Origin: an uncultured virus (IMG/VR IMGVR_UViG_2645727852_000004)
Lineage: Duplodnaviria > Heunggongvirae > Uroviricota > Caudoviricetes
DNA: 20,000 nt
Direction: 5' to 3' (one strand)
Virus record (IMG/VR): IMGVR_UViG_2645727852_000004
The notes under the pieces were generated by a model. It was not told the DNA's origin and did no database searches. It saw only the letters and a list, made by a program, of their open reading frames with translations. Made by a program: the position numbers and the translations under genes. Numbering within the stretch: position 1 is the first letter of the stretch; each line of letters begins with the position of its first letter. Shown one piece after another: positions 8,084 to 16,633 of this stretch.

Positions 8084-8779
8084 ATGATTTATATCATCTG
8101 TAAAAAAGGAAAATTAACATTCCCGGTCACTCCTGAAGTCATCGGACCGGAGGGCGGGGATGCGCTATATGACGATGTAGAGGTATTAAAACAGGGAACC
8201 ATACCATTCTTTAAAGGGACCAGCTTAAAAACGTATAGCTGGTCTTCTCATTTTCCATTGAAACCAACGTCGTATACGGAACCAACTGCGATTAACGTTC
8301 TGACTGGGACGCTAAACCCGCCGAAAGAAATTGCTCAACTACTGGCAACACTGCGGGATACTGCAGAAGTCATTACGCTCTACATTACCGAGCTGAACAT
8401 TGAACAAAAGGTGCAAATTCGTTCCTTTACGCCGCGGCAGGTGAAACCAGGAGATATTGATTATTCCATTACGATGGTGGAGTATCGAGAGGTTAAACTG
8501 GCCATAAAGCCAAAACAACAGGCAGGGACGAATAAAACCGGACAGGCAGTGAAGAAAGTAGCAAAAGCAGCAAAGGCAGCAAAAAGTAATCAGGGGCGAT
8601 CGCCAGCGAAGAAACCAGCAAAGAAGTCATCGCCACCACCATCAAAGAAAACACCCAAGAAGACGCCGTACAAGAAAACAACGAAGGCAAATAAGCCCTA
8701 TACACCCAAACGACCTGCTCCACCACCACCGCCGAATCTCCCTAAGTACATTCCAGGAGGGAGGTCGCGTGAAGATTGA
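8084..8779 (+). CDS. XkdP-like baseplate/tail-tube initiator protein with Lys/Pro-rich C-terminus
   Basis: LTFPVTPE, WSSHFP and GDIDYSITMVEYR motifs; position after the tape measure. No LysM motif recognised in the low-complexity tail. Confidence 0.75.
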   Translation: MIYIICKKGKLTFPVTPEVIGPEGGDALYDDVEVLKQGTIPFFKGTSLKTYSWSSHFPLKPTSYTEPTAINVLTGTLNPPKEIAQLLATLRDTAEVITLYITELNIEQKVQIRSFTPRQVKPGDIDYSITMVEYREVKLAIKPKQQAGTNKTGQAVKKVAKAAKAAKSNQGRSPAKKPAKKSSPPPSKKTPKKTPYKKTTKANKPYTPKRPAPPPPPNLPKYIPGGRSRED

Positions 8780-10068
8780 TTGAACTTACCGTTAACGGCC
8801 AAGACGTTACTGATGCGATTGTTCCACCTATCACCTTGGAAGACGATATAACGACGGGTCCTGTATCTGTTGATATTACCTTAGTGCGAGTAGCTAACCT
8901 GAAAGTCGATAATGGGAATGTTGTGGTGCTGAAGATTAATCAAAAGTTATGGTTCTTGGGCTTTGTATTTGAATGGAAGAATACGAGCGATTCGAAAAAG
9001 ACCATTCGAGCATACGATCCGATTAAATATTTCTTGAAGGATACAGATGATTTCTCGTTCCTTAAAAAAACGCCTACTCAGGTGATCAACTATCTATGTA
9101 ACACGTATGGCGTAAAGAAAGGAACGATCGTGAATATCCCGATTGTCTTTCCTACTCTGTACTTTCAAGGGAACAAGAATTTGTATGAAATTATCTTAAC
9201 GGTTCTTTTTGAAGCAAAGAAACGGAACGGAAAGAAATACTGGGTGCGATTTGATAACGGCCTGCAGGTGTTTGAGAAGGTACCACCGCAGAAAGTGATT
9301 ATTCTCGGTTCCGGTCTTGAATCCTCAGAGTATGGCGAGTCCATCGAAGAAATGTATAACCGTATTCGCATTGTAAATCGAGAGAAGAAAATATCTGTTA
9401 TTGCTGAAGATAAAGGCAGCCAAAAGAAATACGGGATGATGACTACGCTAGAGGAATTCGACGCCAAGACGAAAGCGGAAGCATTGGCCTATGCCAAAAA
9501 GAAACTAGCAGAGACAAACAAGGTAACCAAGACCATGAGTATTAGCCATGTTCATGGACTACAGGAACAACGCTTTTGGTCTGGCGATTATATTTATGTT
9601 TCCGATCCGACTGTAACGATTGCGGCCAATGGCTACTACTTTAAAAAGGTATCCTATGAAATCCATCTTACCTATGTTCGATTATCTGGGGAGCTTACGT
9701 ATACCGATGACTTACCAGTGATTGAGTACGAGCCGCCAGAAGAGAAGAAAAGCAGCAGCAAGAGCACAAGTAAAGGGAAACAAACGAACACAGGAAAAGG
9801 CTACAACTCGAAGGCCGCTAGAGAGGCTAAGAAGAAAGCGAAAGAACTTGGTTTAACCATTACCTCTTCTCGCCGTAGTGCCAAGAAAAACGAACAAGTA
9901 GGCGGCTCGAAAACAAGCTACCACCTGAAAGGACAAGCCTACGATGTAGCAGGACCAAAAGCGAAGATGAACCAGTTCGCTGCTTGGGCGCGAAGCAGTG
10001 GGCTATTCCGTAAGGTGCTCTGGCAAGTCAAAGGGCATTACGATCATGTCCATGTCGATTGGGACTGA
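8776..10068 (+). CDS. XkdQ-like baseplate hub protein fused to C-terminal M15 (Hedgehog/DD-peptidase) Zn metallopeptidase
   Basis: N-terminal AYDP.KYF..D hub pattern and SQKKYG motif; C-terminal SYHLKGQAYD (SxHxxGxAxD) and HVH zinc ligands. Confidence 0.85.
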   Translation: MIELTVNGQDVTDAIVPPITLEDDITTGPVSVDITLVRVANLKVDNGNVVVLKINQKLWFLGFVFEWKNTSDSKKTIRAYDPIKYFLKDTDDFSFLKKTPTQVINYLCNTYGVKKGTIVNIPIVFPTLYFQGNKNLYEIILTVLFEAKKRNGKKYWVRFDNGLQVFEKVPPQKVIILGSGLESSEYGESIEEMYNRIRIVNREKKISVIAEDKGSQKKYGMMTTLEEFDAKTKAEALAYAKKKLAETNKVTKTMSISHVHGLQEQRFWSGDYIYVSDPTVTIAANGYYFKKVSYEIHLTYVRLSGELTYTDDLPVIEYEPPEEKKSSSKSTSKGKQTNTGKGYNSKAAREAKKKAKELGLTITSSRRSAKKNEQVGGSKTSYHLKGQAYDVAGPKAKMNQFAAWARSSGLFRKVLWQVKGHYDHVHVDWD

Positions 10069-10083
10069 TTAGGAGGAAAAGGG

Positions 10084-10515
10084 ATGAAAGATACAGCGGA
10101 ACGATTTGCTCAAAAGTTTAAACCTCCACAGGCGAAACACGGCGTGAAAATCGCTACTGTTATCACCGACAAACCAAAGGTAACGATTCAGCTTTCTGGG
10201 AGTGAACAGGCGTTGACGCTGGATTTCTTTATCACGCCAGACGCAACTGTCTACAAAGCAGGCGAGCAGATGCTTGCATGGCCTGTTTTAGGCGCTACTG
10301 TCACCGAAGCTCCGTATGTGCTTCTTCCACTCAATGACGGCGCATTTACGGCGGTCTACAGCGCTTCTGGGCAGACCTTTACAGTTGATGCGAATGGGGC
10401 GGTTATCGAGCAGAAAGATGTGAAAATGCCACCTGTCGAGGACGGTAAGACGGTAGTTATGATACCAAATCGTTTTCCTGAACCACTCTGGGTTGTGACA
10501 TGTGTATATCCGTAA
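10084..10515 (+). CDS. Probable baseplate spike-associated protein (XkdR/DUF2577-like)
   Basis: Position between hub and XkdS-like gene; IATVI..KPKVTIQL motif; AGGAGG RBS. Confidence 0.55.
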   Translation: MKDTAERFAQKFKPPQAKHGVKIATVITDKPKVTIQLSGSEQALTLDFFITPDATVYKAGEQMLAWPVLGATVTEAPYVLLPLNDGAFTAVYSASGQTFTVDANGAVIEQKDVKMPPVEDGKTVVMIPNRFPEPLWVVTCVYP

Positions 10516-10544
10516 CCGCTTCTGTTAGAGGCGGTTTTTATTTT
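10514..10544 (+). terminator. Rho-independent terminator inside baseplate cluster
   Basis: AACCGCTTCT-GTT-AGAGGCGGTT followed by TTTATTTT. Confidence 0.7.
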
Positions 10545-10564
10545 GATAGAGAGAAGGTGAGGAC

Positions 10565-11011
10565 ATGGGATTGCTTCCAGAAATCGACCTTGAACAAGCC
10601 GCACAACAAACATCAATGGAAGAGCCGGAAAATCCAACAGGGTACCTGACTCCCTTATTTGATTTTGAAAAAGGGGAGTTTGTGACAGACCGAAACGGCA
10701 GGATAGTGGAGGATGACGGACTGAGAGGCATGCAGACAATCATCAATAAAGCACACTATACTGCACGCTGTGCCTATGAGATTTATTCCGAAGATTACGG
10801 AACGGATGAATTTGATGCGCTTGTGGACCCTGCTCCTGAAGATGTGCGGCAAATCCGGATTAAAGAGGCCATTCGGGATTGCTTAATTTATGACGATCGG
10901 ATTGTCGAAGTCGGGGAGATCGACCTTCAAAGGACATCAGATGGATATGTGGCCATCTATGAGGTAGAAACCATATTCGGTACGTTTCCAGTAAGGAGGA
11001 TGGTCAAATGA
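10565..11011 (+). CDS. XkdS/DUF2634-like (gp25-like) baseplate protein
   Basis: FDFEKGEFV, TARCAYEIYSEDYG, EAIRDCLIYDDRI and VETIFG motifs. Confidence 0.85.
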   Translation: MGLLPEIDLEQAAQQTSMEEPENPTGYLTPLFDFEKGEFVTDRNGRIVEDDGLRGMQTIINKAHYTARCAYEIYSEDYGTDEFDALVDPAPEDVRQIRIKEAIRDCLIYDDRIVEVGEIDLQRTSDGYVAIYEVETIFGTFPVRRMVK

Positions 11012-12135
11012 ATCCCCCTTGGTTCGGAGAAGAGATGGAGGATATCTTACAGCGAATGCTTGATGATATTCCGGATTATCGAGATAAACGCGAGGGCGGC
11101 TTTATCTGTGATCTCCTTGCTACTATCGCAAATGAACGTATCCGTTCCAGAGAAGAGAACTTGGAGCTTATGGAAATGCATTTTGCTGATACAGCAACCG
11201 GCGAAGACCTTGACCGTGTGATTGAGTCACGTAGCCCCCTAAAGCGTGGAGAGGCAAAGCCGGCTAAAGGGCCGGTTCGAGTCATCGGTATTCCAAAAAC
11301 GCCGCTTTCTGCAGGTACTTTGTATATGAGTATCATACCAGACGAGCAAAGCGGATTGGTTGAATTTGAACAGTTAGAAGATGCCGTTATCGGGGAAAGT
11401 GGCACCGTGATAGTAGAAGTCGAAGCTATGCTTGGTGGTCAGGTTGGAAACATCCCAGCTGGCACTATCGCTATTTCTGAACCGATTCCTGGGATTGCGG
11501 ATGTTGAAAATTTGGAGGCTTTCACAGGTGGCATCGATGAAGAAGAAGATGAAAGTTTTCGCGAACGCTATCATACTTGGGCGCGAAGTGATGCATCGAG
11601 CGGGAACATTGATCATTATGTTAAATGGTCGCTCGAAGTTCCAGGCGGTGGCGTAGGTGGCGTGCAGGTGATTCCGTTATGGGACGGTCGAGGTACCGTA
11701 AAGGTCATTCTGATTGATACGGATGGGAAGCCAGCCAGTTCAGATATCGTTCAAAGAGTACAGGATTATCTCGCTTCCGTTCCGGCAGAAGGAGAAGATC
11801 AGGCACCAATCGGAGCCACCGTTACCGTTGTTCCAGCAGAAAAAACGGACTTAAATATATCAGCTAAACTGATTCTTTCTGGGACAAGAAGTATCGAATC
11901 TATTACAACCGAGCTATCAAATAAGCTATCTGAATTCTTGACGAAAGAAGCACGAGCGAATTGGAACCGTAGAGCACAGCCGTACTATGTAAGTGCCGCT
12001 AAAGTGGGCTCACTTATTTGGGGAATGGACGGTGTAAAAGACTACCTTGAGCTTGTCATAAATGGAGATGCCAGCTCTGTTGAAATCGAAGGCGGGAAAG
12101 TCGCAGTACTTGGGACGGTGACCTTCTATGAGTGA
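11008..12135 (+). CDS. Baseplate J/gp47-family wedge protein (XkdT-like)
   Basis: DKREGGFI.D, FADTATGEDLD, GG.DEE.DE.FRERY, SGN..HY.KW, P.W.G.GTVKV and APIGATVTV motifs. Confidence 0.93.
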   Translation: MNPPWFGEEMEDILQRMLDDIPDYRDKREGGFICDLLATIANERIRSREENLELMEMHFADTATGEDLDRVIESRSPLKRGEAKPAKGPVRVIGIPKTPLSAGTLYMSIIPDEQSGLVEFEQLEDAVIGESGTVIVEVEAMLGGQVGNIPAGTIAISEPIPGIADVENLEAFTGGIDEEEDESFRERYHTWARSDASSGNIDHYVKWSLEVPGGGVGGVQVIPLWDGRGTVKVILIDTDGKPASSDIVQRVQDYLASVPAEGEDQAPIGATVTVVPAEKTDLNISAKLILSGTRSIESITTELSNKLSEFLTKEARANWNRRAQPYYVSAAKVGSLIWGMDGVKDYLELVINGDASSVEIEGGKVAVLGTVTFYE

Positions 12136-12784
12136 GCGAGTCGACAGGGCTTTCTATTCTCTCCCTCGTTATTATCAAAGCAGCCAAATCACTGAAGAAA
12201 TCATTCGTGCGGCAATGAAAGAATTTGACTACGATGAACAGGAAAGGGACGATATCTTCGCGCAGCTCCTCATTGTAACCGCAACTTGGGGGCTGGAACG
12301 GTGGGAAAAGGAATTCGGTGTACAACATGCACCTGGCGATTCATATGAGTTGCGACGGGCTAGGTTAGAAGCAAAAGTGATTTCTAAATCAAAAAGTAAC
12401 CCGAAGCGGATTGAAGAAATCGTCAACTCCTTTGTTCCGTCAAAAAGCGCAAAAGTTTATCGTATTCCTGATGAGTATGCATTTGAAGCGTTTGTTCCTG
12501 TTGATGAATTGCAATGGATGCCTGAAATTATTAAGGCCGTTGAAAAAGCTAAACCTGCACATTTAGAGTTTATTCTTACAGGTATTTATAGAGCTGAATC
12601 TATTATCGTTGGCGGGGATGCACGAAACTTTGACGTAACCTACCGACGCTGCGGTGAAACCATTACCGAAGGTGTTCTAGATGGACAACTTGCATGGGCT
12701 GGCGTAAACGTCTTGGGAGATGCTTATGGCTTTGCTGTTCCATATCGACGTTGTGGAGAAGCCTATACAGGAGAGGAGGCGTAA
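12128..12784 (+). CDS. XkdU/YmfQ (DUF2313)-like baseplate protein
   Basis: LPRYYQ, TATWGLERWEKEFG and KPAHL motifs. Confidence 0.88.
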   Translation: MSERVDRAFYSLPRYYQSSQITEEIIRAAMKEFDYDEQERDDIFAQLLIVTATWGLERWEKEFGVQHAPGDSYELRRARLEAKVISKSKSNPKRIEEIVNSFVPSKSAKVYRIPDEYAFEAFVPVDELQWMPEIIKAVEKAKPAHLEFILTGIYRAESIIVGGDARNFDVTYRRCGETITEGVLDGQLAWAGVNVLGDAYGFAVPYRRCGEAYTGEEA

Positions 12785-12787
12785 ATC

Positions 12788-13096
12788 TTGGCTGAAGGAA
12801 CGGTTATACAACCGAGATACTTAGACATTATTCGCGATGCCGCAGATGCCGCTGTCGCAAAATCACTGGTCACCATCAATGGGGAGCAAAAAGAATTTCC
12901 GATTTATCGTACCTTGGTAGATGGTTATAAGATTCGAAAGTATATTTACATTCAAAACGACACTGGACATATCACAAATGCCGTATTGTTGGACCATGCT
13001 GGAAACCAATTAGCCATCAAGCCTCACAATGTACAAAAGGGTACCGATGGCTTTGTGATTTGCTTTGAACTCGAGATTAAACTGGAGGTGAAATAG
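12788..13096 (+). CDS. Small baseplate/tail-fibre attachment protein (hypothetical)
   Basis: 102 aa, TTG start with GGAGG RBS; G.IT.A.LLD..GN.LA.K pattern typical of genes downstream of XkdU. Confidence 0.6.
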   Translation: MAEGTVIQPRYLDIIRDAADAAVAKSLVTINGEQKEFPIYRTLVDGYKIRKYIYIQNDTGHITNAVLLDHAGNQLAIKPHNVQKGTDGFVICFELEIKLEVK

Positions 13097-13663
13097 ATGG
13101 CCGGATATATACCCATTCGCTTTAAAGATACGATTAAAGACCCTATCACAGGAGACATCATTGAACGGGGAACGCCATTAAATCAGGTAAACCTTGACCA
13201 TGTAGAGGATGGGATTCTTTCAGCTCATGAGAAACTAGAATTAATGGAGTTAGAAATGGCCCGTATGAAAGTCTATATGGAAATCGACGGTCGGGTTACA
13301 GGGGGAAAAGGGACGTTTTTTGAGACGATGGACGGTGTAGAACCACACCTGATGCGAAGGGAGACAGCAGAGGCTATGCTTCCTGTTCCTGTCAACGCAA
13401 GCTCAGAACCAATTACTCTTTCTGTCTTTATGATAGACGATTCTTTTACTAGCGGAGAGGAAGTCACTATATATGATGATGAGGGTTGGGAAGAAGTCGT
13501 CATACAGGCTGTTGAAGGAAATAAACTTACTCTGAATCACCTGCAGAACAACTACAAAAAAGGAGCTATCATTTCTCGTAGCCCTTCCAAGCCTGATCCA
13601 GCGACCAAAACGATGAAACCGGGGGTGTTCAAGACGTATGATTTGTCTTTCCGAGAAGTATAA
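13097..13663 (+). CDS. Tail-fibre-region protein (fibre base/adaptor, hypothetical)
   Basis: N-terminal IERGTPLNQVNLDHVEDGI motif common in fibre-proximal proteins; GGAGGTG RBS. Confidence 0.6.
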   Translation: MAGYIPIRFKDTIKDPITGDIIERGTPLNQVNLDHVEDGILSAHEKLELMELEMARMKVYMEIDGRVTGGKGTFFETMDGVEPHLMRRETAEAMLPVPVNASSEPITLSVFMIDDSFTSGEEVTIYDDEGWEEVVIQAVEGNKLTLNHLQNNYKKGAIISRSPSKPDPATKTMKPGVFKTYDLSFREV

Positions 13664-15872
13664 AACAGGTACGTTGCTCGAAGTGTCCGGGCGTTCGATG
13701 GAGCCGACGTTGTGGGATGGGCAGATTGTTGAAGTGATGGAAGGCTACCATGATGGCGATATCGTTGTTGCTGAACATGAAGGAAGCCTTATCATTAAAC
13801 GCTTAGTCGGAGATAGGCTGCTGGGGGATAATCGGGAGATATCTACCGACTTTTTTGTTGTTGATGTACGTATTCTTGGACAGGCAGAGGTTCGGACAAA
13901 AGAGGAACTGGAAGAAAGAGGGGTACAAGTTAATTGTCTCCATTTAGTGAAGGTGGAGGCCATTAGTGGTACACGTAGTGCTTATAATATTCCTGCAGAT
14001 GCAAATTGGGCATCACCCGAAAGCACTGATGGCAATTATTACGTATATGGGATGCGAGATGGAAGAAGACAATGGGTTAAAGGAGCAGAGCAGATTCCCG
14101 AAGATGCAAATTGGGTTGTACCCGATGCAGACAACTTATATTATATTTATGGTATGCCAAACGGAAATGTTAGTGGTACACCTAATGCTTTAGATATTCC
14201 CGCAGATGCAAATTGGGCGTCACCTGACAACGTTTATGACAGCTTTGATTATTACGTGTATAGTATGTCAAATGGAACTATAAACCGTGTCCAAGGATCA
14301 GGTCGCATACCTGGAAATGCAAACTGGGTTGTACCTGATGCAGACAACTTATATTATATTTATAGTGAGAAGAAAAACCAATTTCCAACGATCTCTCTTT
14401 CAACTACTAATAATATGACCTTATCACAAGGTAATTGTGTGTTATCTGGGAATGTCATTGATTCAGACGGAGACACAGTTACTATCAGTGCAACCATCAG
14501 TGGTGTCACCAAACAAACGACTGTAACAGGTACAGGTGGTTGGTCGCTCTCTTGGCCGGTAATAGACTTAGCGCAGGGACAGTACTCAAACATCATTATT
14601 ACCGCAAATGATGGTCGAGGTGGTACTGCTACAGTAAACTACACGGGCTTAATTACGATTGATAAGACAAAACCGTCTATTGCTATATCAGGTGTTTCTG
14701 AGGGCCAGACGTATACAACAGCCACACCTGTATTCTCTGCGACTGATGCGGGCGGTGCAGGGCTGCAGAGCTGCACAGCTACACTAAATAACAATGCATA
14801 TACATCCGGCACACCAATTACGATTGGTGGCAACTACACGCTCGTCGTTACGGCGCGCGATCGAGCGGGCAATGTCAGTACAAAAACAGTTAATTTCAAA
14901 GTAAACAGCGCGCCAACTGTAGAAGTATCGACCGCTAACAATCAAACGCTATATGAAGGGGATTCTCTTATCATCTCTGGCAGCGCGAATGATGTGAATG
15001 TAGGGAATGCGCTTATCGTGAAGTTGAAGTTTGATGAAGAGGCAGAAAAGAACATCCTGGTTACCACATCAACCGGCAACCCACAACCGATCAGTTACAC
15101 CGTCACATTTAAGAATGGTCGATTGTACGATGCGGCAGGCAACCCAATTACACCAGAGCTGAACAAAGATGTGGTCCATAGTTTCACGGTGTATGCCAAG
15201 GACGACAGCGGCGCAGAATCAGCCCACATTACACGTCAATTTATGGTGGTACCTAACCGAAACCCGCTTATCAGGATCAACCCGTTAGAACCGCTAACCA
15301 GCATGGTTCCGACCGATACGGTGACTATTAGTGGGACAGTAAATGATCCAGACGAAGGCGACACTGTAACAATGGAATACAAGCTGAATCAAGGACCATT
15401 TCAACCTATCGCTATGCAAGGGGAAACATGGTCTTTTTCTATTTCGGCAGGTGATTTGCGAGACGGAGAAAACATCATTGAACTAAAAGCGATCGATAAT
15501 AAGGGTGGTGTAACTGTAAAACGAATGGCGATTGACCAAACGCCCCGGATAGTACCAGTAAAGGTTTCACAGTCCCGGTATATGATTCTACCACCCAAAG
15601 GAGAAATGAAAGGTTTGGTTGCATGGATTCAGCGAAAGAAAGGGGACTTGCAGGTCAAAGGCGACTTATCGATTGTTGCAACTGGACAGCCAGAATTCTT
15701 TGTTCCGATGGAGAAGACGTCAGCGGAATTGTCGCACGCCCTCGACGAGGACCAGTTCATAGGCAGTGTAGAAACAGCCGGGCAAAACGTAACAATCAAA
15801 TTGACAGAGACGCGCACTGATGCCTTAAATTCGTCAGCTGCCATTACAAAAATTGCAGGGGTGATTAACTAA
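13638..15872 (+). CDS. Putative tail fibre/receptor-binding protein: N-terminal S24/S26 peptidase domain, IPxDANW repeats, several Ig-like domains
   Basis: GRSMEPTL (Ser20), IIKR (Lys54) and GDNREISTD; four IPxxANW..P repeats; Ig-like segments (SG.V.D.DGD, ANDGRGG, ARDRAGN, AIDNKGG); position at the fibre locus. Confidence 0.8.
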   Translation: MICLSEKYKTGTLLEVSGRSMEPTLWDGQIVEVMEGYHDGDIVVAEHEGSLIIKRLVGDRLLGDNREISTDFFVVDVRILGQAEVRTKEELEERGVQVNCLHLVKVEAISGTRSAYNIPADANWASPESTDGNYYVYGMRDGRRQWVKGAEQIPEDANWVVPDADNLYYIYGMPNGNVSGTPNALDIPADANWASPDNVYDSFDYYVYSMSNGTINRVQGSGRIPGNANWVVPDADNLYYIYSEKKNQFPTISLSTTNNMTLSQGNCVLSGNVIDSDGDTVTISATISGVTKQTTVTGTGGWSLSWPVIDLAQGQYSNIIITANDGRGGTATVNYTGLITIDKTKPSIAISGVSEGQTYTTATPVFSATDAGGAGLQSCTATLNNNAYTSGTPITIGGNYTLVVTARDRAGNVSTKTVNFKVNSAPTVEVSTANNQTLYEGDSLIISGSANDVNVGNALIVKLKFDEEAEKNILVTTSTGNPQPISYTVTFKNGRLYDAAGNPITPELNKDVVHSFTVYAKDDSGAESAHITRQFMVVPNRNPLIRINPLEPLTSMVPTDTVTISGTVNDPDEGDTVTMEYKLNQGPFQPIAMQGETWSFSISAGDLRDGENIIELKAIDNKGGVTVKRMAIDQTPRIVPVKVSQSRYMILPPKGEMKGLVAWIQRKKGDLQVKGDLSIVATGQPEFFVPMEKTSAELSHALDEDQFIGSVETAGQNVTIKLTETRTDALNSSAAITKIAGVIN
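13963..14366 (+). repeat. Two-copy tandem duplication (about 207-nt period), each copy with two IPxDANW units
   Basis: TTAGTGGTACAC starts at 13963 and 14170; a 27-nt identical stretch GATGCAGACAACTTATATTATATTTAT occurs at 14124-14150 and 14337-14363. Confidence 0.9.
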
Positions 15873-16078
15873 TGACATTAAAAATCCGACCACGTAATGA
15901 AGATGGCTCTCTGGGTGAGTTTGAACCGGTGTTCCCAAAAGAAGGAATGTCACCAGAGGAAAAGATTGCGTTTCTAGAAAAAGAGTTAGCCAAAGAAAAA
16001 CAACGCAATAAGGATAACAGCTTTGCCATTATGGAGCTGTATGAAGCGCTTGACGCGATGCAAAAGGGAGGACAATGA
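15872..16078 (+). CDS. Small coiled-coil protein after fibre gene (possible fibre chaperone)
   Basis: 68 aa; TAATG coupling to the upstream gene; EEKIAFLEKEL...AIMELYE pattern. Confidence 0.65.
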   Translation: MTLKIRPRNEDGSLGEFEPVFPKEGMSPEEKIAFLEKELAKEKQRNKDNSFAIMELYEALDAMQKGGQ

Positions 16079-16079
16079 G

Positions 16080-16196
16080 GTGTCAGTTGCAAAAGTCTAT
16101 GTCAATGCCATAAAAGACGGTGATATTCAAATCACTGATGTTCCGGCAAGTATTCAAGACAAAGTAAAGGAGCTACTGAAGGAAGATGAGGGATAA
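16080..16196 (+). CDS. CD1375/XkdX-like small protein, 38 aa (not in ORF track)
   Basis: GTG start with GGGAGG RBS; MSVAKVYVNAIKDGDIQITDVPASIQDKVKELLKEDEG. Confidence 0.75.
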   Translation: MSVAKVYVNAIKDGDIQITDVPASIQDKVKELLKEDEG

Positions 16197-16251
16197 ACTC
16201 GCTCGCCTCTTCTTATCGGTCGCTCTTTTTCTTTTGAAAGGGGGTGATAAA

Positions 16252-16398
16252 ATGTTTCCACGTATTGCAGTGATTTATGTGACGTTCATTATCGATGGGG
16301 AAATCAGTTACGCTGACGTACCGGCTACATTGAAGTCAGAAGTCAAACGTCAATTAGAACTATTAGGTTGCGGTGATCTGGCTACAGAAACCGCGTAA
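16252..16398 (+). CDS. Second CD1375/XkdX-like small protein, 48 aa
   Basis: AAGGGGGTG RBS before ATG 16252 (in frame with upstream ATG 16186); IYVTFIIDG.ISYADVPATLKSEVK is paralogous to the previous ORF. Confidence 0.75.
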   Translation: MFPRIAVIYVTFIIDGEISYADVPATLKSEVKRQLELLGCGDLATETA

Positions 16399-16431
16399 GC
16401 GCTTCTCAATAAAGAGAGGCGTTTTTATTTT
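16399..16431 (+). terminator. Rho-independent terminator
   Basis: GCGCTTCTC-AATAAA-GAGAGGCGT followed by TTTTATTTT. Confidence 0.75.
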
Positions 16432-16534
16432 GGGAAACCAGCTCTCAAAATACCTCAAAGTAGGTATATCTCTTGAGAGTAGAATACAGTACATTAAGGG
16501 TGCCCGTTGTAAAAAGAAACAAAAAATTTTCTTC

Positions 16535-16632
16535 TCGTTGATGGAACGCCGTGTGCCGTGAAAGTGGCCCGCACGGTGTAGGCTCGAACGAAAACCCACA
16601 ATATAGAGATGGGTATAAGTCGGGAATAGCAC
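16535..16632 (+). ncRNA. Group II intron 3' fragment: domain V (16546-16579) and probable domain VI ending in AC at 16632
   Basis: ACGCCGTGTGCCGT-GAAA-GTGGCCCGCACGGTGT folds as a 34-nt domain V with a CGC triad, a 2-nt bulge (CC) and a GAAA tetraloop. It is followed by a GCT...AGC-closed hairpin (inner ACCCA/TGGGT) and an AY terminus. Confidence 0.8.
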
Positions 16633-16633
16633 A

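Noticed and set aside
13963..14366. Repeat pair as a diversity-generating retroelement TR/VR
   Set aside because: Both copies are in-frame in one gene, differences are not adenine-specific and include indels, and no reverse transcriptase is present in the window.
16500..16632. Complete mini-intron starting at GTGCC (16500)
   Set aside because: Only 46 nt precede domain V, so domains I-III cannot fit. GTGCC deviates from GUGYG, and excision would not put the 16373 ORF in frame with the FN3 frame.
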